Assembly: GCA_951406725.2 (NCBI GenBank)
Contig: OX597818.1
Location: 130,882,001 to 130,946,000, forward strand
DNA from: Octopus vulgaris
Lineage: Eukaryota
Length of the DNA stretch: 64,000 bases
Direction of reading: 5' to 3'
Part shown: positions 54,930-64,000 of the stretch, piece by piece
How the letters are laid out: each line of letters opens with the position of its first letter
Numbering within the stretch: the stretch's first letter is position 1
Notes under the pieces: model-generated
Seen by the model: only the letters and a program-made list of their open reading frames with translations
What the model was told of the DNA's origin: nothing
Database searches by the model: none
Program-made: the position numbers and the translations under genes

Positions 54930-55430
54930 TTTGGGGTCTCTATGTGCCTCAAAGCAGCACTTAATTCCTGGATGATGTTAGGACTGATGTCGTTTCCATA
55001 GACATATGGAAGTATGTGCCTTAGCTTCGACATAGAGAACAAGAGAGGGTAATAAACCATCTGGCCCAGACACATTCAGTGTCACTGCATCGCAGATTTG
55101 TGAGGTTACATTGAATAGCTGATATTACCAGTAGCAAAATCTATTGAGAAAATAGACATGCTTCTTTTTTGGAGGGAGAGATGGTAAAGGAAGAGTGGAT
55201 AAGCCTTTTCCGTTTGTTGTCTCTGGTGGAGGAAGTTCCGAGATGGACCATGATTGGACGATATGAAAGCAGAACTTTTCCTCTCAGCCGAATCCCTCAT
55301 CAATATCTTAAAATACCATTTGAAGAGGAAGGTGAGAGTAGAAAGGAGGTGCTGGCCTTCAGAAAATTTTATGAAAGGCTGGTGGTGAGGGGCCAAATAG
55401 ACATGATTAGGGGCCTATTCTAACTATGCA
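54930..55430 (+). mobile_element. Probable Tx1/L1-group LINE 3' end, heavily decayed
   Basis: C..IADL*GYIE and SLINILKYHLKRKVRVE..EVLAFRKFYERLV; recognition from memory only. Confidence 0.45.
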
Positions 55431-55769
55431 AAAGCAGGTTTGACAGCAAGAACTGGGAGAAAAAAAACATCAGCATTTGGTACAACAGTTTAATCCTTGT
55501 TTGTACGTCAGGTTCCCTAAATTAATTCAAATACCCTAAATTAATCTATGCCATTGACTTCCCCATTTTTCAATGATCCTTTCTTGTTATTTTGTTTATT
55601 CTACAATGTTATTGTTATTTATTGTAACTGAATCATTTATTTAATTTTACAGTAATTATTCATTTCACCCTTTTTTTCTCGACATAAACATTTCATTGTT
55701 CCTTGGCTGTTTTCTCCCATATTTTGCCTTTACAATGTTGCTAGCATCTCGGGCTTCATTGGCCAACAA

Positions 55770-55855
<86 letters not shown>

Positions 55856-55878
55856 CCATCACCACCACCACCACCACC

Positions 55879-55910
<32 letters not shown>

Positions 55911-56415
55911 TATCATTGTTGTTTTCATTATTATTATTATTATTATTATCTAATTATTATTAGTAGTAGTAGTTGTAATCTTATCACATTATATTTTATA
56001 TAATTTCTTTCTTTCTTCATTTATTTATTTATATAATGCTTTGTCTGCTCTAGCTTGCATCAATCTAAAATGTTGTTTTGAATATATACATGTTTTGGCA
56101 TGTGTTATCACATACACTAATCTTATAGCCCTTCAGATGGAATAAATAAGGATTAAATTAGTAAAGGTTGTAAGCATGATGGATTGTCTATTGATAGGAT
56201 CCTGAAGACGGAGAAAGTTAAAAGAAAATCTTCAAGGTGTGATTTCCACAAAACTGGCATTTGAGTTAATGATGTGTGCGGGTATGCATCTGTAACTGTG
56301 TACTATACATGTACATGCCTGAATTTATACACACACACAGACACAAACACACACATATATGTATATATATGTGTGTGTGTGAATATATATATATATGTGT
56401 GTGTGTATATGTATA

Positions 56416-56474
<59 letters not shown>

Positions 56475-56506
56475 ATATATATATGTGTATATATATATAT
56501 ATATGT

Positions 56507-56571
<65 letters not shown>

Positions 56572-57235
56572 GTGTGTGTATATATATATATATATGTATG
56601 TATACGTATGAGTTTACAAATGATCATATGTATATTTACACGTGGTTATACATGTATGCTTATATCTATACATATTTAAAAATTTATCTGTGTGTATGAT
56701 GTATGAATATGTGTATGTATGAATACATAGATATATGCATGTGTGCATATATATATATATATGATGTATAATGTATGTATATATATGTATATATATATAT
56801 ATATATGATGTATAATGTATGTATATATATGTATATATATATATATGATGTATAATGTATGTATATATATATATATATATATATGATGTATAATGTATGT
56901 ATAGTATATCTGTAAATGTGTATGCATATGTGTGTATATAGACACACACACGCACACACACACGCATACACACACTCATAACATGGTGTAAATTATTGCA
57001 GATGTCATCATAGTGTATCTGATGAAAGAATAAACGTATGCATGACTGAATAAATAAATGTAGGAATGGCTGTGCCAAGCAAAGATATGCTTGTTCCGAT
57101 ATATATCACTAATACGAATACGACTGAATTTATATACATATATATTATACTATACATACATAGATACATACATACATACACACATACATACATATATATA
57201 TATAGGTATGTATGTGTGCATATATATATATGTAA

Positions 57236-57308
<73 letters not shown>

Positions 57309-57357
57309 ATAAATGCATGCATGTGCACAAACATACACACACATATGTATGTGCATG

Positions 57358-57415
<58 letters not shown>

Positions 57416-57485
57416 CGTGCATATATATATATATATATAAATGCATGCATATGCACACACATACACACACATATGTATGTGCATG

Positions 57486-57518
<33 letters not shown>

Positions 57519-57844
57519 TTGCATATCTGTATGTATGTATGTATGTATTATATAGAAATTCCTTTCTCATGACTCAAGTTTTATGCCACAGTGATGATGA
57601 TATGAAGCCAGAACAGCTTGGCAATCATTTTAGTGTAAAATTTGAGTCATGAGGAAGATATTTAGTTTTAATAAACTATATACTTAGCACCATGTATTGA
57701 GTGCTCCTTTCCTCCTTTGTTGACATGTCACTCTGTTGGCACTCAGAGGGTTACGGTAAAATTGTTTTAAAGCATTCATAGACTGAGGGACATTATTCTT
57801 GTAAAATAAACATAAAAGATTAATTGCAGAAATTGATTGATTGA

Positions 57845-59165
57845 TTCTAGTTTCAGCTCATGAGCTGTGGCCATGCTGGGGCACCGCCATTTAAGCCTTA
57901 GATTATGAAGAATATCTTGTATTTTTTTTTTTGTTTTTTGTTTTAGCCATTGGTCTGTGGTCATGCTGGAGCATTGCCTCGAAGGGTTTTAGTGAAACAA
58001 ATCGACCTCAGGACTTATTTTCAAATCTGCTATTTATTCTCTTTTTCTTTCTCTGCCAAATGGCTAAGTTACAAGAATGTAAACAAACTAGCACCAGTTG
58101 TCAAGCAGTAGGGATGGTATGGTAGAGGACAGATATAAAGACACACATCAAAAGGATTAAGCATATATATATGCGTGTGAGCATATATATGCGTGTGTGT
58201 GTGTGTGTGTGTGTATACGATGGGCTTCTTTCAGTTTCTCTTAACTAACTCCACTCATAAAGCTTTGGTCGGCTTGAGGTTATAGTAGAAAACACTTGCC
58301 CAAGGTGCCATGCAGTGGGACCAAACCCAGAACCATGTGATGGGGAAGCAAGCTTGTTACCACACAGCCCCTCTAAATATACGTAGATGCAGAAACTGAA
58401 TATATTCAGAAAATAAACGTATGTACAAGCATACATGTGTTCTATGTTGAGTATCTGTAAATCTCACCTGCTGACTAACAAACAAAAAGGAACGAAGGAG
58501 AGCTGCTTACAAAGCAAAGAAGAAAGGTGAGTATATTTCAGGTACAAAGGCCAAACTTCAGAAGAAAACAGTTAGGAAATGTGAATTTATGTAGATCCTG
58601 CAATTTAGCCGAACAGACAGTGACCCCACTTTGTCCAGTGAGTGTTACAGCAACAGCAGCCGTTCAACAATTTGGACCTGGAGATCTCCATTTCCAGCGA
58701 CTTTAAGGGCCACCTCCCAGTGGTGTCAGGCATCAACGAAGAGCCCTATTACTCTTTCTTACTCTTTTACTCTTTTACTTGTTTCAGTCATTTGACTGCG
58801 GCCATGCTGGAGCACCGCCTTTAATCGAGCAACTCGACCCCGAGACTTATTCTTTTGTAAGCCCAGTACTTATTCTATCGGTCTCTTTTGCCGAACCGCT
58901 AAGTAACGGGAACATAAAACACACCAGCATCGGTTGTCAAGCAATGCCAGGGGGACAAACACAGACACACAAACACGCACACGCATATATATAAACATAT
59001 ATACGACGGGCTTCTTTCAGTTTCCACCAACCAAATCCACTCACAAGGCTTTGGTTGGCCCGAGGCTATAGCAGAAGACACTTGCACAAAGTGCCACACA
59101 GTAGGATTGAACCCAGAACCATGTGGTTGGTAAACAAGCTACTTACTACACAGCCACCCCTGCGT
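57845..59165 (-). mobile_element. Two SINE B copies (57845-58370 old; 58755-59165 young)
   Basis: SINE B motifs on the minus strand. Confidence 0.85.
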
Positions 59166-59889
59166 CTTGACTACAACAAGACAACCAAAGTTTTTTTTTT
59201 CCAAAGTCTGGGGTTTCCCGCCCCTAAGCCCTAGACCATCACCTAATCACCCTTACCCGGCTTGTTGCTTAACAACAACAACAACAACAACAACAACAGC
59301 AGCAGTTTACCCCAAAATGGCATTGTTGGTGGCCAATCATCATTGTAGTAGTGATGACACAGGTCATGGCAATGGCAAGGTTTATGGATGATGACTGGCT
59401 TCAACATAGTTTCTTTCTATCAAATTCACTCACAAGGCATTGACTGGCCTGGGGCTATAGCAGATAATAGGGTGTGATTTACGGGAATTTGGTGGCTATT
59501 TCTTGTATACCGATGTAGCGTGTAGGGACTCCTTTGTTGCTATATCAGTCAATCTGATAATGTTTGATTTACTTTTTTTTCTGTGGTAGCAAAGATTAGA
59601 CAAACATACAGAGGCATTGTTTTACAGCCAGAAACTTTTCCTGTTGCTAACCCTTGCCTGTTTTACAAATAAGGGATCTCATTCTACTTGTGTTTGAAGG
59701 TACAAAGCCAGCTGACAATTAGGTGTCAAAGAAAACGACAATGTCACTCCTTACAGCTCAGTGGTTTTTAGAGAAACACAAATGTAAATGAACACACGCA
59801 TACATGCACATACAACATGCACATGTGCACACACACACACCTGCATGCACACTCGCATATACATGCATATTCTCACACACACATGTATG

Positions 59890-60320
59890 CACAGCACTAA
59901 GAGTACCATATGAGCGTGATCGTTGCCAGAGCAACAAACTGCCTCCGTGCTGGTGACATGTAAAAAGCCCCATTCAAGCATGATTATTACCAGTGTCACC
60001 TTACTGGCACTTGTGCTGGTGGCACATGAAAAACAACATTCGAGTAAGGTTGCTGCCAGGGCTGCTGGACTGGCTCTTGTGCAGGTGGCACATAAAAAGC
60101 ACCATTTGAGTGTGGCCGTTGCCAGTACTGCCTGACTGGCCCTCATGCTGGTGGCACGTAAAAGCACCCACTACAATCTCAGAGTGGTTGATGTTAGGAA
60201 GGGCAACCAGCTGTAGAAACTCTGCCAGATCAGATTGGAGCCTGGTGCAGCCATCTGGTTCACCAGACCTCAGTCAAATCGTCCAACCCATGCTAGCATG
60301 GAAAGCAGACGTTAAACGAT
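59890..60320 (+). mobile_element. Repeat family C with diverged VNTR
   Basis: Conserved C tail ending GACGTTAAACGAT. Confidence 0.85.
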
Positions 60321-60936
60321 AGAATGGAGTTCTTTCAGTTTCTATTAGCTAAATCCATTCAGTCAGCTTGGAGTTATAATAGATGGCATTTTCCCAAGGG
60401 AATGCACAGTGGGACTGAACCCAAAACCATGTGCTTACAAAGCAAAATTCTCAACCACACATCCATGTCTGTGTCTATAATCTTCATGGAGATATAAAAC
60501 AGAAACATTATAATTCCGAAACAGTAAGAAAACGATTTTGTAATTTTTCTTTAGTAAAAGGCATCTTATGTTTATTTGGTGCTTGGATGTCTTTCACAAC
60601 GAATGCAACATGAAAATACTGCTGCAAGTGACAGATAAATCCAAAATTGTTCCATGTTATCAAAAGTGAATAAAAAAAAAAATTGCACACCTAGAATTTT
60701 ATTAAGAGAGAAGCAAGCTTTTAGTCTCTATTTGCAAACATCTCTTCTGTGTAATTCTAAGGAGCACAAAACGCCACAAAATATTTCCAATATCAACTGC
60801 CTCATTAAAGCCAAACTCTGTTTATGTATAGCAAAGAAATTCTACTAAATTTGGAGGAATTTCAAATATCTTCAAGCTTTTCTAGGGATATCAGAAAATT
60901 CAAGAATAGAGGGTGATTATATTTCAACAATAACAG

Positions 60937-61275
60937 TTAACTTCAGCAAATTTTCAACAGGGAAACAAGCAAACGTTTTTAAATATAGAGAAATATCAAC
61001 ACAAGAACAATTAATTATGTAGAATTCTCAACCAGAGAACAATTAGATAAGGATCATTACATAAAAGAAAACAGATAATTGAAGAGAAGAGTTAGATGCA
61101 GGGAATTCTTTACAAGAAAACAGTTAAGAATGGAACATTCTTAACAAGAGAAATGTTAAAGGTGAAGAACTCTCAGCAGTTAAATACAAAGAATTTGCAG
61201 CAAAAGAGCAGTTAAAATACAGAGAATTATTCACGTAAAATAATTAGATCCTGACAATTCTAAACAAGAAGGCAG
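60937..61275. repeat. Degenerate 32-bp minisatellite (~10 units)
   Basis: Units start TTA at 60937, 60979, 61011, 61043, 61092, 61124, 61156, 61180, 61212, 61244; consensus approx. TTARATACAGRGAATTCTYAACAAGAGAACAG. Confidence 0.78.
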
Positions 61276-61544
61276 TGAGCTGGCAGAATCCTTAGCACTT
61301 TATGTTTTAACTTCAAAGAAAACTTTGCCTTTCATTCCTTTAGGGTGAATAAAATAAAAAAATTGGGATTGATGTAACTGACTCATTCCCTTCCCTTAAA
61401 ACTGTTGGTCTTGAACTCTGCAATGAACCTTGTTGCAATCTTGGTGACATATACACTATAAAAAACTGAGTAACCTACCTCATTGGTCCTAGGGCTTAAG
61501 AAAAAGAAAAAAGCTTCTAAAAAGGAGACTATTTAAACATTCTT

Positions 61545-62130
61545 TCTTTTCTTCTTTTTATTTGTTTCAGTCATTTGACTGCAGCCATGCTGGAGCATCG
61601 CCTTTAGTCGAGCAAATCGACCCCAGGACTTATTCTTTGTAAGCCTAGTAGTTAGTCTATCGGTCTGACTTGGACGTAAACACATCAGCATTGGTTGTCA
61701 AGTGATGTTGGGGGGACAAACATATCCACACACACACACACACATATGTATATATGACGGGCTTCTTTCAGCTTCCCTCTACCAAATCCACTCACAAGGC
61801 TTTGGTCAGCCCGAGACTATAGTAGAAGACACTTGCCCAAGGTGCCACGCAGTGGGACTGAACCTGGAACCATGTGGCTGGTAAGTAAACTTACAAAAGC
61901 TGGTTATGAAGCAGTGCTGGGGGAACGCACAGACATTAGTCACACACACACAAGTACTGATATATACATGATAGACTTCTTTCAGTTTCCGTCTACCAAA
62001 TCCATTCACAAAACTTCGGTTGGCCTGAAGCTATAGTAGAAGGCACTTGCCCATTGTGCCATGAAGTGGGACTGAACCTGAGTTCAAGTTGTTCGGAAGC
62101 AAGCTTCTTACCACACAGCTACACCTGCAC
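61545..62130 (-). mobile_element. SINE B copies (61545-61890, 61970-62130)
   Basis: SINE B motifs. Confidence 0.82.
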
Positions 62131-62289
62131 TTTTATACTGAATATTTTATTGCTAAACACACTGTGCCTGAGAATAATATGAGATGGTCATGGTAGGAAG
62201 GAATTTCATCACAGGTCTTCATTTTTGGAGTATACACAAAGCTAAATAAACAACAACAACAACAAGTACACCTGGAATACTGTTTCCAA

Positions 62290-63055
62290 GTAAAAGGAAG
62301 ATTGTACGATGTATGTTTTACCGTCAGCAATTCTCTATGGTAGTGAGATAGGGGTCCTGAATGAGAGGGCATGTGAAGGTTTGAAAGGAATGGGGCTAAT
62401 ATGTTCGACTGGATGTGTAGTGTAAATGTACAAGTTTGACAGAGTGCTAGTGTTTTGAAAGAGAAGTTAGGCACAAGGGGAATTAGTTGCTGTGTGCAAG
62501 AGAGAAGACTACACTGGTTTGGTCATGTGGTACGAATGGATGCTGACAGCTCTATAAAGAAGTGCCAATCTCTCAAAGTAGATGGAACATGTGGAAGGGG
62601 GAGACCCAGGAAGACATGGGATGAAGAACTGAAGAATGACCTTAGGATGCTGAACTTTTCAGGTTAGATGACAAAGGATCGAGATGCCTGGCACATTGCT
62701 GTACTCTGCAGCAGAAGTATTAAGACCAGTCCCTTTGGTGGTGAAAAGCACTCATGGTGGGGTCCTGTAAAAGTGCCTGTGTGATGCCATGAGTAAGTGC
62801 CAGTGTGATATCACATAAAAATGCCCATGCTGTGCCATCTAAAAGTGCCCATGCCACACCACGTAAAGGCATCCATGTGGAACCACATAAAAACATCCAT
62901 GTGGTGCCACATAAAAGCACCCACCACACTCTGAATAGTGGTTGGCATTAGGAAGGGCTTCGAGTCATGGGAACCATGCCAAATCAGACTGAAATCTGAT
63001 GTGGCTCTCCAGCTTTCCAGCTCTGGTCAAACCATCAAACCAATGCCAGCATGGA
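62290..63055 (+). mobile_element. RTE-clade LINE 3' end continuing into VNTR and the family C tail
   Basis: LKEKLGTRGISCCVQERRLHWFGHVVRMD..GRGRPRKTWDEELKNDL, then ~21-nt GTGCCACATAAAAGCACCCA-type units and GGCATTAGGAAGGGC..GCCAGCATGGA. Confidence 0.85.
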
Positions 63056-63443
63056 TCATCATCATTTAGCATCCGCTTTCCATGCTAGCATGGGTTGGAC
63101 GGGTCAACTGGGGTCTGTGAAGCTGGAAGGCTTCGTCAGGCCCAGTCAGATCTGGCAGTGTTTCTACAGCTGGATGCCCTTCCTAACGCCAACCACTCCA
63201 CGAGTGTAGTGGGTGTTTTTACGTGCCACCTGCACAGGTGCCAGACAGAGCTGGCGAACGGCCACGAATGGATGGTGCTTTTACGTGTCACCGGCACGGG
63301 GCCAGGCGATGCTGGCAACAGACATGAACGGATGGTGCTTTTACGTGCCACCGACACGGGGCCAGACAGAGCTGGCAAACGGCCATGAACGGACGGTGCT
63401 TTTACGTGTCACCGGCACGGGGGCCAGCCGAGGCTGGCAACGA
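63056..63443 (-). mobile_element. Repeat family C with VNTR, tail-to-tail with the previous element
   Basis: Reverse-complement C tail and ~59-nt units. Confidence 0.88.
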
Positions 63444-63916
63444 ACTAAATAACAAAATTTATTTTTATCTTTCAAATTGTTATATATCTTTCATACCATG
63501 GTTGCTACTTGGCAACAGAAGCATTCCAAGCATTTCAATATTATGCTGTTAAGACTACACTGGGACAACCTCTTTAAGGGTTTAGTCAAACAAATTCCCA
63601 CCCACTGTACTTATTTTTAAGCCTAGTTCCTATTCTATTGGTCTCTTTAGCTGAAGTGCTAAATGACAAGGAACATAAACAAACTAAGGATGGTTGTCAT
63701 GCAGTAGTAGGGGACAAACACAAAGACACACACATGGTTTTTTTTTCGAGAGTGTAGTAAGACAACAGGATGTTGTCTTACTATACTATAACCAGTGCCA
63801 GATTTAGGACAAATGCTGTTAAGTTATGAGGCCCCTTACTTTTGTACAGAGAATTATTCATACACAATATTATGTTAAAAAATGTGTAAATGTGTTCACA
63901 TTATTAATTTCACTTT

Positions 63917-64000
63917 TAAGGAGGCTAGCTGGCAGAAACATTAGCATGCAAGGTGAAATGCTTAGCAGTATTTCGTCTGCATTTAGGTTCAGAGTTCAAA
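63917..64000 (+). mobile_element. SINE A head (runs off the window)
   Basis: AGCTGGCAGAAACATTAGCA..GAAATGCTTAGC..GAGTTCAAA. Confidence 0.8.

Noticed and set aside
56195-56265. CTGAAGA..GGAGA/TTTCC..CAAAAC as a hammerhead
   Set aside because: GAAA core and helices I/III not supportable; at most a very old remnant
57565-57657. 21-bp inverted repeat CTCATGACTCAA../..TTGAGTCATGAG
   Set aside because: Real but short; probably a tiny MITE remnant with nothing further to support a call

Overview
AT-rich, microsatellite-saturated eukaryotic DNA whose SINE families look like those of an octopod cephalopod (Octopus); this is recognition from memory, not a database result. Nearly all ORFs in the supplied track are translations of simple repeats or SINEs. 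The window holds dozens of copies of about five tRNA-like-headed SINE families (called A, B, D, E, F here) and a VNTR-bearing RTE 3'-tail repeat (C). It also holds decayed R4/Dong, RTE, CR1, Tx1/L1-like, Penelope-like, piggyBac, hAT and mariner elements. No host gene is certain. A phase-consistent chain of four short minus-strand exons (35547 to 23510) followed by a TE-poor island is a low-confidence candidate for a gene's 3' end. The most notable signal is a set of fold-back (palindromic) elements, mostly bordered by (TA)n, together with several minimal type I hammerhead-ribozyme motifs. One motif has a canonical core and sits in a head-to-head inverted pair (26263-26603). One lies directly downstream of a Penelope endonuclease C-terminus (36034-36530). 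Others have variant cores (CCGAnGA; GAAUGUGA). Coordinates of degenerate elements are approximate (about +/-10 nt).
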